This document shows positions 1-9,208 of a stretch of 64,000 nucleotides of DNA, in pieces. The notes under the pieces were generated by a model. That model worked only from the letters and a program-made list of their open reading frames with translations, made no database searches and was not told the origin of the DNA. The translations under genes were made by a program, and so were the position numbers. The stretch lies in the IMG/VR virus record IMGVR_UViG_3300025009_000004, positions 53,662-117,661 of that record, one strand, 5' to 3'. Origin of the DNA: a virus. Each line of letters begins with the position of its first letter. Position 1 is the stretch's first letter.

Positions 1-444
1 ATATGTCCTGATTGCCATAAGGCTACTAGAGGATTATTTGATAAATGTCCATCTTGCGGGTCAACGGCAGCGTATGGCATAGGGAGAATAACAGGATATT
101 ACAGCCCAATAAGGTCGTGGAGCAAAGGCAAATCAGCAGAGCTTAAAGATCGCACAAGGGTCAACTTTGATATGCCCGTTTATAATTCTAAATCAGATAA
201 CATTGAAAAGATATTGTTCTTCTCAACGCCTAATTGTTCCAAATGTGATGATTTAAAACATATACTCGCAGAGAAACAGATACAGTTAGAGGTCATTGAT
301 ACTCAAACATCAGAGGGATTAGCTTTGGGGTGCTACTATGACGTTGTTGAACTTCCATGCCTCGCTAAAGTAAAAGGCGATAAGGTTATATCAAAGATAT
401 CTGGCAAAGGTTCATATTTAAAATGGCTTAAAGAGAATAAATAA
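1..444 (+). CDS. nrdD: Class III anaerobic ribonucleotide reductase, C-terminal part (5' end outside window), fused to a glutaredoxin/thioredoxin-like domain
   Basis: Frame 1 from base 1 reads ICPDCHK...KCPSCGS...RITGYYSPIRSWSKGKSAELKDR (zinc site plus glycyl-radical RITGY motif). It continues without a stop into the 172..444 ORF (FSTPNCSKC). Confidence 0.92.
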   Translation: MCPDCHKATRGLFDKCPSCGSTAAYGIGRITGYYSPIRSWSKGKSAELKDRTRVNFDMPVYNSKSDNIEKILFFSTPNCSKCDDLKHILAEKQIQLEVIDTQTSEGLALGCYYDVVELPCLAKVKGDKVISKISGKGSYLKWLKENK

Positions 445-455
445 AGGAGTTTATT

Positions 456-650
456 ATGCCAGAAAATAACGATAATAATTATCAATTAATAATATCTAAA
501 GACGATATGCCTCACTTTAAAAACATATTATTATCGAGTTTAAATTCATGTACTTATTTATCAAAACGAGGGAAGCGCATTGCTCAAAAAATATTAAAAG
601 ATGAATTTAATATTGACGTAAACATAAGTAGTACGGGTGGACATAGATAA
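456..650 (+). CDS. Hypothetical protein
   Basis: AAGGAG RBS upstream; packed between nrdD and the next ORF. Confidence 0.6.
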   Translation: MPENNDNNYQLIISKDDMPHFKNILLSSLNSCTYLSKRGKRIAQKILKDEFNIDVNISSTGGHR

Positions 651-690
651 ACAGAGAGGGGCCTTGGCCCCTTTCTTTAAGGAGATATAT

Positions 691-951
691 ATGAAAAATA
701 TGACAGCATTCGATGTTGATAAATTTGGGTCATTATGCTTTACCATACAATATCAGAGTGGCGGAAATCTTATTAATCAAGAACTATTAAATTTAAAGGA
801 TAATAAAAACGCAACGGTACAGGATTTATTAACGGCTATGGGCATAAAGTTAAATGATAAAATAAATTGTCATATAATTGAGAATGTTCAAGAAGATATG
901 CCTTTTTATTGTAACTTAAATGTTGTATGTGAATACGGGTCAGTTGAATAA
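691..951 (+). CDS. Hypothetical protein
   Basis: Track ORF 637..951; ATG at 691 follows AAGGAGA. Confidence 0.6.
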   Translation: MKNMTAFDVDKFGSLCFTIQYQSGGNLINQELLNLKDNKNATVQDLLTAMGIKLNDKINCHIIENVQEDMPFYCNLNVVCEYGSVE

Positions 952-960
952 GGAGATATA

Positions 961-1572
961 ATGGAATACAATCGTGATTTTAAACGCAATATAAAAGCAT
1001 TTGGTTATCATAGGTCATCATTAGTCGATTATCCTGGAGAAGTGGCTGGCGTATTGTTTCTTAAGTATTGTAACCTGTCATGTGACTACTGCCATAATGC
1101 AAAGAATATGAACTTCCTTGAATCTAAAACTGAAGAGCAATTTAATGATATTCTTAATGATATGATATGCAGTCCATCAACCGGATTGGTAATAACAGGG
1201 GGGGAACCCCTTTTGTATGGTCGGGACGCTTTGTTAATGCTTAAACACCTAAGGTCATGTACCAAAAAGAAAATTAAATTAGATACCAATGGAACAATGC
1301 CAGAAGTATTAAAGCCCATCATTAAAGACAAACTCGTTGATATGATTGCCATGGATGTCAAGGGCCATTTCGATAACTATGAGAAGTTTGGCTATCATGG
1401 AGATAAATCATTGCTATATGAAAGCGCCTTTATGATAAGAACAAGTAATATACCGTATCAATTCAGAACAACAATGTGGTCTGGCCTTGACTCGAATGAT
1501 TATGGATTTATACTTAAAAACTTCCCAGATATACGATGGCAGAAGGAAATAAAAGAATTATCTAATATTTAA
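961..1572 (+). CDS. nrdG: Anaerobic RNR activating radical-SAM enzyme
   Basis: SLVDYPGEV, CNLSCDYC (CxxxCxxC), ITGGEP, KLDTNG, FRTT motifs; next to nrdD. Confidence 0.92.
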   Translation: MEYNRDFKRNIKAFGYHRSSLVDYPGEVAGVLFLKYCNLSCDYCHNAKNMNFLESKTEEQFNDILNDMICSPSTGLVITGGEPLLYGRDALLMLKHLRSCTKKKIKLDTNGTMPEVLKPIIKDKLVDMIAMDVKGHFDNYEKFGYHGDKSLLYESAFMIRTSNIPYQFRTTMWSGLDSNDYGFILKNFPDIRWQKEIKELSNI

Positions 1573-1580
1573 GAATGTTC

Positions 1581-1609
1581 TTGACATTCTATTTAAATTA
1601 TGATATTAT
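1581..1609 (+). promoter_or_regulatory. Sigma70-type promoter
   Basis: TTGACA-17 bp-TATTAT with TG extension, followed by a GGAGG RBS and ATG at 1633. Confidence 0.8.
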
Positions 1610-1632
1610 AGTAAATATGGAGGAGATAATAT

Positions 1633-2286
1633 ATGGGAGAACTTCATCTAATAGTTATCAGAGGGCGCAATGGCGTTGGCAAAGATACATTTGCATGGCA
1701 TATCATGGATATGTGTAAAAACTTTAACATCAGTACAAAGCTATGTCCTTTTGCCGATGCGGTTCGTAAAGAAGCAGCAGAGGTTTATAATCTTGATTAT
1801 GATAAATTATGCACTGACTATGTTTATAAAGATTTAAACAGGCATTTGTTAATCAAAATAGGCAATAAAAGAAGAGAAGAAGATAATTTATATTGGTTTA
1901 ATAAGAATTGGGAAAACATACAGAAGTGGTATAAAGAGCAGACATCCGAATATAGCATAGGCATTATAAACGATTGCAGATATAATAACGAAATGTATGG
2001 CGCCGAACTATTACAGCGTGATGAGAAGATAGATAAAGCATGGCCTGTTTATATATATGCTAACGATGTATCAATGCTTAAGCGCCTGGGTCACGATCTC
2101 AAACGATATGCTAACTGGAAATTACTTGAGAATGATGTATCAGAGAGAGATGTAAGAATTGACAATTATCCATACTATATGATTGTAGATAACTCAAACG
2201 ATAAATCATTTCTTTATATGGATGCAGCCAAGATAATAAGTCAGATAACTAATATAGGAATGGTTGAACTGATTAACAAGATATAG
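1633..2286 (+). CDS. P-loop kinase, deoxynucleoside monophosphate kinase-like
   Basis: GRNGVGKDT Walker A, FADAVRK, INDCRYNNE and DVSE motifs typical of phage dNMP kinases. Confidence 0.75.
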   Translation: MGELHLIVIRGRNGVGKDTFAWHIMDMCKNFNISTKLCPFADAVRKEAAEVYNLDYDKLCTDYVYKDLNRHLLIKIGNKRREEDNLYWFNKNWENIQKWYKEQTSEYSIGIINDCRYNNEMYGAELLQRDEKIDKAWPVYIYANDVSMLKRLGHDLKRYANWKLLENDVSERDVRIDNYPYYMIVDNSNDKSFLYMDAAKIISQITNIGMVELINKI

Positions 2287-2307
2287 GGATTTGTAAGGAG
2301 CGAATAA

Positions 2308-4428
2308 ATGGTTAAAAGAGCGAAGAAAGAGAATATAACATGGGAACCAATCGAAGGGTTAGAGCATAGCGAATCAGTCATGTATTCAAAAACAGAAGAT
2401 ACGGTAACAGAAGGAGATCGCATACCTACATCATCGTTTAAATATATGAAGTTTAATTATGAATCTTTTAATCCGATGCAGAGCAAAGTAATTCCGCACA
2501 TAGACAGCGGGGCGAACATATTGGTGTCAAGCCCCACAGCAAGCGGCAAAACAGTGGTTATCGAAGCATGCGCTGCTTATGCAATATCCAAAGGCAAGAA
2601 AGCGATATATATATCTCCACAGAAGTCATTGTCAAACGAAAAGTTAAGTGAATGGGAAGATTTAGAGCATGATTTCGCTCAGTATAAAATAGGAATACTT
2701 ACTGGCGATTTCACTAAAACATCGGCAACTATGGCTAACTTAAATAACTGCGATTTAATAATACTTACAAATGAAATGTTAAATAGTGTAGCTAGAGTAG
2801 CAAGGCCAGATAAAGAAGAATATAGCTGGCTATTCTCTGTGGGAGCGGTTATCATCGACGAAATTCATTTAGTCGGGGATAGAAATCGAGGGGATAAACT
2901 CGAAGTGGCACTTATGTTATGTGCAGAGTTATGCCCAGAATCAAGAATCTATATGTTCAGCGCAACCGCCCCTAATATTGAAGATTTACAGAAATGGGTT
3001 CAAAAGATTACAAACAGAGAAACATTAATGTTTAAAAGTAATTATCGCCCATGCACTGTTACTAGGCATTATATAAAAGTGTCTCCAACCACATCAGAAA
3101 AACAAGCCAAAGTGGAGTTAACAAAGCATTTAGTAAATCACAAGCCTGATGAAATATTCTTGACATTTATTGGAGCAAAGAAATACGGCGCACATGTTAT
3201 GAACGAATGCATCGAAAGCGGTATTGATACTAAATTTTTTAAGGCCGATCTGTCTATACAAGAAAGAAACGAACTATACCGAGCCTTTTGTAATAAAGAA
3301 TTTCGCCATATGGTCGCTAGCACGGCGATTTCAGCCGGAATAAATTTGCCCGCCCGCAACGTGATCGTATCTGATATGAATCATGGCGCACAGCAGATTG
3401 TGTCTACAACAAACTTAATTCAAGAGATTGGTCGCGCTGGTCGCCCCAAATATGATAAAGTTGGCGATGCTTATATATTTATTAAAGATGGGAAGAACTT
3501 TAAACGCGACTTTGAAAGAGTTCAAAAAGGCGAATCGGTTATATCACAGCTACAAGATGCCGATACATTAGCGTTTCATGTTCTCGCAGAAGTATATAAT
3601 AAAAAAATAAAAAATCCAGAAGATTTAATAAAGTGGTATGAAAAAACATTAGCATGCTATCAGACACGCGCTATGGAGTTTTATGAAGCGAAAGAGGTAT
3701 TTAATCGTCTATTAAAGTGCGGCTGTATTATTCTTGATGTTGATGGAGAAAATTACACGATAACTCAAACTGGCATAATCGGAGTGTGCTTCTATCTTCT
3801 CCCAGAGGACTTGTTAGCATGGAAGAAAAACTTTGATATATTCTATAAAGTTAAAGGAGAAAATAGCCTAACATTACATCAGCAGGATTTATTGTTCGCC
3901 CAGGCTTTATCACACATCCCCACATGGGAAGTTAAACAGAAAGCATGGATATCGCAGGAAGAAATATCAATGGCATATGAGTTCTTCAATGTTCCTCTTA
4001 AAAAAGGTAGCGATAAAATAGCGTTAGGATATTATCTCATACTTAATAGCGATGCATATCAATCAGCAATAGCGCAGGAGTCTAAAGTTAAATTCTTCCA
4101 TAACACAATTGAACAGATTAAAATGGATAGCGAAAGAATAATCAGCGCACTATCTTTACTTGATGTTAGAACCAAAAAATGGCAGCAGGGCGATTTCTGG
4201 TCAATGATGGCAACTCGCTTAAAATATGGAGTTCCGCCTGAAAGATTAGAATTATGTAAGGTAGAAGGCATTGGTGGTGCAAGGTCCAAAATGTTATGGG
4301 ATAATGGCATTCGTAGCATCAACGATCTAATTAAGAATCAGCATAAAGTAAAAGAGATAGTTGGAGATAAAGTAGCAGATAAAATAATACCAAGCGCAAT
4401 GACGTTAGGACAGGAAAGTTGGTGGTAG
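2308..4428 (+). CDS. SF2 Ski2/Hel308-like DExH helicase
   Basis: NPMQ Q-motif, SPTASGKT, DEIH, SAT, GINLPAR, QEIGRAGRPKYD and a C-terminal HhH (VEGIGGARS). Confidence 0.92.
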   Translation: MVKRAKKENITWEPIEGLEHSESVMYSKTEDTVTEGDRIPTSSFKYMKFNYESFNPMQSKVIPHIDSGANILVSSPTASGKTVVIEACAAYAISKGKKAIYISPQKSLSNEKLSEWEDLEHDFAQYKIGILTGDFTKTSATMANLNNCDLIILTNEMLNSVARVARPDKEEYSWLFSVGAVIIDEIHLVGDRNRGDKLEVALMLCAELCPESRIYMFSATAPNIEDLQKWVQKITNRETLMFKSNYRPCTVTRHYIKVSPTTSEKQAKVELTKHLVNHKPDEIFLTFIGAKKYGAHVMNECIESGIDTKFFKADLSIQERNELYRAFCNKEFRHMVASTAISAGINLPARNVIVSDMNHGAQQIVSTTNLIQEIGRAGRPKYDKVGDAYIFIKDGKNFKRDFERVQKGESVISQLQDADTLAFHVLAEVYNKKIKNPEDLIKWYEKTLACYQTRAMEFYEAKEVFNRLLKCGCIILDVDGENYTITQTGIIGVCFYLLPEDLLAWKKNFDIFYKVKGENSLTLHQQDLLFAQALSHIPTWEVKQKAWISQEEISMAYEFFNVPLKKGSDKIALGYYLILNSDAYQSAIAQESKVKFFHNTIEQIKMDSERIISALSLLDVRTKKWQQGDFWSMMATRLKYGVPPERLELCKVEGIGGARSKMLWDNGIRSINDLIKNQHKVKEIVGDKVADKIIPSAMTLGQESWW

Positions 4429-4429
4429 C

Positions 4430-4624
4430 ATGTATATTTTAATGAATGCCAAATGTGAACATTGTGATGGAAATATCGGGATAGTAGTTTATTGGGATGC
4501 AAAAAGAAAAGAAGAAGTTATAGATCATGGTCGCTGTATTAATTGTTTAAGAAATATTGTTCTTCCATGTGAACCCTTTAGAGATTTTAAAAAATATTGT
4601 GTTAATATTGAATCAATAAATTAG
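4430..4624 (+). CDS. Small zinc-ribbon protein
   Basis: CEHC...CINC pairs; abuts the helicase stop. Confidence 0.6.
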   Translation: MYILMNAKCEHCDGNIGIVVYWDAKRKEEVIDHGRCINCLRNIVLPCEPFRDFKKYCVNIESIN

Positions 4625-4636
4625 GAATGGTGTAGT

Positions 4637-4873
4637 ATGAACAATAACAATATAACATGCTCAAATTTTTTCTGTCAATTTCAATATAACGCTAACATGT
4701 GCAGGGCGGGAATAACGTCTAATATATCAATGGATAAAACTGGCAAATTAACATGTAGTAACTTTAGGCATATACGCAAACAATATGGATGTCAACTTGA
4801 TTCATGTTTATATTTAAAAGATGGCCTATGCACAAAAGATTATAAGTGCCAGCATTTAAAGGAGTTATCATGA
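4637..4873 (+). CDS. Small Cys-rich hypothetical protein
   Basis: Multiple Cys residues; RBS upstream. Confidence 0.55.
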   Translation: MNNNNITCSNFFCQFQYNANMCRAGITSNISMDKTGKLTCSNFRHIRKQYGCQLDSCLYLKDGLCTKDYKCQHLKELS

Positions 4874-5103
4874 TTAAATTTTGGGAAGTTGAATATGTAG
4901 CAGAGTTTAACGCACCTGGATATGAAGACTTAAATAATAAACCAGTTAAAAGAGCATATTTAATCGAGGCAAACGTAAATAAAGCAGTAGAGGACTGCAA
5001 GGTGTGGCTTAACAAGTTGAAAGAGAAGGGTATAGTAGGAAATATAATAAGAGACCCGTATTCATATGAAGTCTGGTCATATGATAAGGAGATATTTCTA
5101 TGA
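4870..5103 (+). CDS. Hypothetical protein
   Basis: Track ORF 4846..5103; ATG at 4870 after AAGGAG, ATGA coupling at both ends. Confidence 0.6.
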   Translation: MIKFWEVEYVAEFNAPGYEDLNNKPVKRAYLIEANVNKAVEDCKVWLNKLKEKGIVGNIIRDPYSYEVWSYDKEIFL

Positions 5104-5315
5104 AAATACACTGGAAGTTAATAAACCAATATATAGAAAAAGCAGAGTGTGGATGCGACTGTAGTAGATATAATTGCGATGACAATGGCTGTCTTACTTA
5201 TGTTAGTTGCGGTCCAAAAAATAGATGCCCTCGTCCTTGTAAACACTGTTTATATTGGACTGGATATGGCCTTGATTATGAAGATTCATTAGAAGAAAGT
5301 GGAGTGATTTTATGA
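5100..5315 (+). CDS. Small Cys-rich hypothetical protein
   Basis: CGCDC...CKHC; ATGA overlaps. Confidence 0.55.
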   Translation: MKIHWKLINQYIEKAECGCDCSRYNCDDNGCLTYVSCGPKNRCPRPCKHCLYWTGYGLDYEDSLEESGVIL

Positions 5316-5512
5316 AACTTTCGTTTAAAGTTGGAGATAAGGTTCGGTTAATAACATCTACGGATAAAGATGAAGGCGTTATAACAAAGGTCGACAAAAA
5401 GATGTATAAAAACCTTAACAAAACAATATATACCGTTGAAAATGATAAGTTTATAGCTGAGTATATTTCAGATGAGGATATGCAGCTTATCGAAAAACGA
5501 GGCGCTAAATGA
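5312..5512 (+). CDS. Small SH3/KOW-like beta protein
   Basis: FKVGDKVRL...EGVITKV pattern; ATGA coupling. Confidence 0.55.
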   Translation: MKLSFKVGDKVRLITSTDKDEGVITKVDKKMYKNLNKTIYTVENDKFIAEYISDEDMQLIEKRGAK

Positions 5513-7260
5513 TTTTAATAATCGGTGGTTATATCGCTCATACTCCTCATAAATACTCTCATCTAATCGACATTGAGGACAAGAAATTAACAGAAGCAAT
5601 AATAAATAAATATCCTAAAGAGGTCATTCACATTGTATCTTCGCCTGGATGCTTCAATGATACTTTTAAAGAGAAAGGCGCTCAATATAAATTGGTGTCA
5701 GAAGACCAAGATGTAGTACAAAATTGGGTTAAGTCTAATTACGGCAAATATGCCACAATTATAGCATTATCCGATGGCTGCATCCCCCCTTCATTGGCCG
5801 GATTAAGTCTGAAGAAATTCGTTATGTTTAATACAGATATTTTATCTAACGAAGGGGAGTCTGATTGGACATATAAAAATATAATAGCTGCTAACGCTGA
5901 TTCAATTGATATATTCTATGCTCGTATGTCTATATTTAGATTTATACAGGATTCAGAGCAATTCTATGTAACTGATAATCATTTTAGCACTCATTCAATA
6001 TATGGCATTGAAAACGTCATTGATTATATATCTAAAATAACAGCAGCAATCGAATGCGAGGTCGAATTATATCAGCCCAAAAAGTTCCCAGAAGATGAAT
6101 TGGTTGATATTTATAATTCATATCAAAGTGTCATAAATAATTTCAATCTTAATATGTCGCTATTGGTTTATGACCGTAGTAAATTGGCATACATGATGTC
6201 AGAAATGAAAGATAATAAAACATTTGCTATGATCTATGAAGGATATATCGGCACTGAAACAGGCAGAACTAAATCGGCCTATGATATTTCAATGGATTTC
6301 TTTAAAATGGCAGTGGCGCTTAAATCAATCTATGGCAAGATGAGTTGCTGTGTTCATTGGAATGCTTCATACAACTACATTCTAACACGCTATACTGTGT
6401 CGCCTTGCCCTTTCGGATATCTACCGAATAAAGAACTATGGAGCGACCAGATACGCAAAGTTGAGCCTATAAAGAATGGCATTGTTGATAGCAATTGGGG
6501 TCTTATCTATGAAGAGGGCCATGGTTATTATTTAATAGCAACATCACCAGAAACATTAAGATATGCTATTAAAGAAATGGCAATGATGAACGCTCCGCTT
6601 GGTGATAACGAATATGTTTTGAATAGCACTCAAAATAAGTTAAATCTTAACTATGATTTAAGTCTGCAAGTATATGATAAGTTGGTTAGGCCGATTGTAT
6701 CAGAGTATCAAAACGCAAATATATTAGCCATGAATAACATCGATGATAATGTTGGCGCTTTAACAGGATTAAGCCGGCATCAATTATTCTTTAGCAATCC
6801 ATTCGGGAAGATGAAGGCTGCATTTAACGGTCCGATGCATCCGCTGATGAAATACGATATTATCTTATTTTATGGCTCTTATGAATATCAACAGTTAAGT
6901 TTTTCTGAACAGTTACTCAAATGGAAGAAAATGAAATCAATGCTTACAAAAGGCGGGCGCATACTTGTAGTTGGAACATATCAGAAGAAGCATGACAATG
7001 AAGCAAGCGATGAAGTTTATATTGACAGATTTAAGGGCAAAGTAGTATCATACAGATTCTCACCGGCAAGCGTAGCAGAGAACAAAAGGACAATAGCAAT
7101 TAATTCATCTGATATGGCTTTAACTTTACCATATAGTCCCTTGGAAAATGATTTACTTAACTTACTCGATAGTGAGTTTGTAATAACAAAAGAAAAATAT
7201 AAAACGTATGACATTTATTGCTATTGCTTTAAGCCCAGAACGAAGGAGAGCGCGGAATGA
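5509..7260 (+). CDS. 583-aa multidomain protein (divergent CoaB-like, class II aldolase-like and SAM-methyltransferase-like segments)
   Basis: Long ORF. Weak motif resemblance only: ILIIGG...IIALSD; VHWN...GHGYYLI; YDIILF...LTKGGRILV. Confidence 0.4.
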   Translation: MILIIGGYIAHTPHKYSHLIDIEDKKLTEAIINKYPKEVIHIVSSPGCFNDTFKEKGAQYKLVSEDQDVVQNWVKSNYGKYATIIALSDGCIPPSLAGLSLKKFVMFNTDILSNEGESDWTYKNIIAANADSIDIFYARMSIFRFIQDSEQFYVTDNHFSTHSIYGIENVIDYISKITAAIECEVELYQPKKFPEDELVDIYNSYQSVINNFNLNMSLLVYDRSKLAYMMSEMKDNKTFAMIYEGYIGTETGRTKSAYDISMDFFKMAVALKSIYGKMSCCVHWNASYNYILTRYTVSPCPFGYLPNKELWSDQIRKVEPIKNGIVDSNWGLIYEEGHGYYLIATSPETLRYAIKEMAMMNAPLGDNEYVLNSTQNKLNLNYDLSLQVYDKLVRPIVSEYQNANILAMNNIDDNVGALTGLSRHQLFFSNPFGKMKAAFNGPMHPLMKYDIILFYGSYEYQQLSFSEQLLKWKKMKSMLTKGGRILVVGTYQKKHDNEASDEVYIDRFKGKVVSYRFSPASVAENKRTIAINSSDMALTLPYSPLENDLLNLLDSEFVITKEKYKTYDIYCYCFKPRTKESAE

Positions 7261-7649
7261 TGGAGTTCATAATCGTAATAGTATTGATATTAGCGACCTT
7301 GCATTTTCTTCATGATGTGATTTATAATAAGCCTATCATCAATAATGAAATAAATATTGTTGAGCTTAAAAAATGGATGAACGCACAGGAAGATATAAAT
7401 AAAGATATGTCGCAAATCATTAAACTAACTGATGTATACTTTGACCAAATAAAAGAAAAGCATAATGGCTTAAGTGTTTATACAAGAAAAAGTATGGCCA
7501 TCTTATTATATGAGTTCGAAAAACTTTATAAGGAGCAATACAGATGCAAAACGCAAAAAATGAGGCAATTCGCTTCTATAAGAAACAACTTCAAGAAAAC
7601 CAGATCGCGCAACAGTATCTCCTTAATAGGGGTCTCAGTAGGGAAATAA
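7257..7649 (+). CDS. Membrane-anchored hypothetical protein
   Basis: N-terminal hydrophobic helix; AAGGAG RBS; overlaps the primase start. Confidence 0.55.
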   Translation: MMEFIIVIVLILATLHFLHDVIYNKPIINNEINIVELKKWMNAQEDINKDMSQIIKLTDVYFDQIKEKHNGLSVYTRKSMAILLYEFEKLYKEQYRCKTQKMRQFASIRNNFKKTRSRNSISLIGVSVGK

Positions 7650-8599
7650 TAGACTTTTTCGATATAGGTTATGCCCCCAAATCTGGAGGGCTCAAGCAAC
7701 ACCTTATATCTCAAGGTGTATCAGAAGAAACTATGTTCGGCGCCGGCTTATTACGCAAAGCATATGACAATGAATGGGAAGACCAAGATTTCTTTAAGAA
7801 TAGAATCGTCTTTCCAACCAAGTCTGGTCCGAACGTAGTATTCATTTCTGGGCGAGATTTAGGCAATAAGTCTTCAAGAAAGTATCTTAACGTACCTGGG
7901 CCTAATGATGCCCTTATAAACGAGGATATACTGTATAAGAAAATACCCTATGTTATCCTTACCGAAGGGTTCATCGATTGCTATACGCTTATACAGAATA
8001 AATTCCCTGCTATTGGCTTGGCCGGCTGCAATCGCAAGAAGAAATCATTAATGGACAAATTACTTAAAATCAAAAGGGTTTATATCATGTTTGATGTTGA
8101 CCCTAATGGCGCTGGACTTAAGGGCGCTATGAATACAGCCTATCAGTTATGCAGAAAAGGGCACATGGATGTTCGCATAGCTAGTCTTCCAAACAATGGA
8201 ATTGATAAAACAGATATCAATCAACTATATCTTGAAATGAAGACTGGATTTAAAGATATTATCGCAAACATACTAACACAAAGCACAAGGTCGTTTCATG
8301 AAACAGAAGATTATAATAAAATGGAAGCTGATGAACAGTTTAAACCGATCACATATAACGATATGAACGCACAGGACTCAATAGCAATATATGAAAAGTA
8401 TTTAGATTTACAAGTAATAAGTGGCAAATATTTAAGGTGCTGCTGCCCATTTCATGGAGAAACACAACCATCATTTACCGTCTATATATCATCTGGTTTA
8501 GGAAGATGTTTTGGCTGCGGTCTTGAATTTGAAAATGGCAAAGACTTTGAAGAGGCACTAATGGCGAAAAGAATGTTAGAGAAGGTGCAGTACGCATGA
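7544..8599 (+). CDS. dnaG: DnaG-type DNA primase with C-terminal CHC2 zinc finger
   Basis: YLLNRGL, FDIGYAP, FKNRIVFP, KYLN, TEGFID and FDVDPNGAG (TOPRIM); CPFHGETQPSF...CFGCG at the C-terminus. Confidence 0.9.
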   Translation: MQNAKNEAIRFYKKQLQENQIAQQYLLNRGLSREIIDFFDIGYAPKSGGLKQHLISQGVSEETMFGAGLLRKAYDNEWEDQDFFKNRIVFPTKSGPNVVFISGRDLGNKSSRKYLNVPGPNDALINEDILYKKIPYVILTEGFIDCYTLIQNKFPAIGLAGCNRKKKSLMDKLLKIKRVYIMFDVDPNGAGLKGAMNTAYQLCRKGHMDVRIASLPNNGIDKTDINQLYLEMKTGFKDIIANILTQSTRSFHETEDYNKMEADEQFKPITYNDMNAQDSIAIYEKYLDLQVISGKYLRCCCPFHGETQPSFTVYISSGLGRCFGCGLEFENGKDFEEALMAKRMLEKVQYA

Positions 8600-9084
8600 C
8601 ATCAGATCATATCTTGCAGTTGTTTCAAGCGATTAACAAAGAGCTTCCACATTGTTTGGCATGTGGGGGAAGCCTAAGTTACAAAAACAAAGAGATATAT
8701 CGTATGGTTGACAATGGACATTTCAAACGAAATATTTGCTTTGATAAGATAACTATATCTTGCGAGTGCGGATGGATATCAGAAGTCGCGATGCCTGATA
8801 AGCTGTTCTATGACCCAAATATTTTTGCTAAAGATGGAGTAATTAAATATAACGATGTGATTAACAATATGGATGAAAGCGCTTATATAGTTTTCTTTGC
8901 GCCACGCTGTAAATCACATCCTATGGAATGGGCGCTTAATCATAGACTAATTGAACAGATAACACAGGCATTGATAAACAATGGAGTTAAAGGAGAATTG
9001 GAATGCGAATCATCAAACAAACTAACGACCTCATCGAAATGTTTGGAAGAACCATTGACGGAACCGAAGAGACAATTAAAATGA
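8596..9084 (+). CDS. Zinc-finger hypothetical protein
   Basis: CLAC...CECG; ATGA coupling with the primase. Confidence 0.55.
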   Translation: MTSDHILQLFQAINKELPHCLACGGSLSYKNKEIYRMVDNGHFKRNICFDKITISCECGWISEVAMPDKLFYDPNIFAKDGVIKYNDVINNMDESAYIVFFAPRCKSHPMEWALNHRLIEQITQALINNGVKGELECESSNKLTTSSKCLEEPLTEPKRQLK

Positions 9085-9203
9085 GAAGATTTCAGCCAAC
9101 ACAGAGTTGGATAATTATTAGAAATAATGATATAGAAAATCATTTTGAATACAGGAATGATGCAATTGAATGGTTAGACTATAATATTTGGGCAAAGGAG
9201 TAA
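9003..9203 (+). CDS. Small hypothetical protein
   Basis: AAGGAG upstream; fills the gap before the PMI gene. Confidence 0.45.
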   Translation: MRIIKQTNDLIEMFGRTIDGTEETIKMRRFQPTQSWIIIRNNDIENHFEYRNDAIEWLDYNIWAKE

Positions 9204-9208
9204 ATATA

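Noticed and set aside
637-951. ThiS/MoaD ubiquitin-like protein (ATVQDLLTAMGI)
   Set aside because: No C-terminal Gly-Gly and no E1-like partner; the similarity is too short.
1572-1590. AGAATGT/ACATTCT inverted repeat over the -35 box as an operator
   Set aside because: Only 7 bp in AT-rich DNA, and not repeated at the other promoters.
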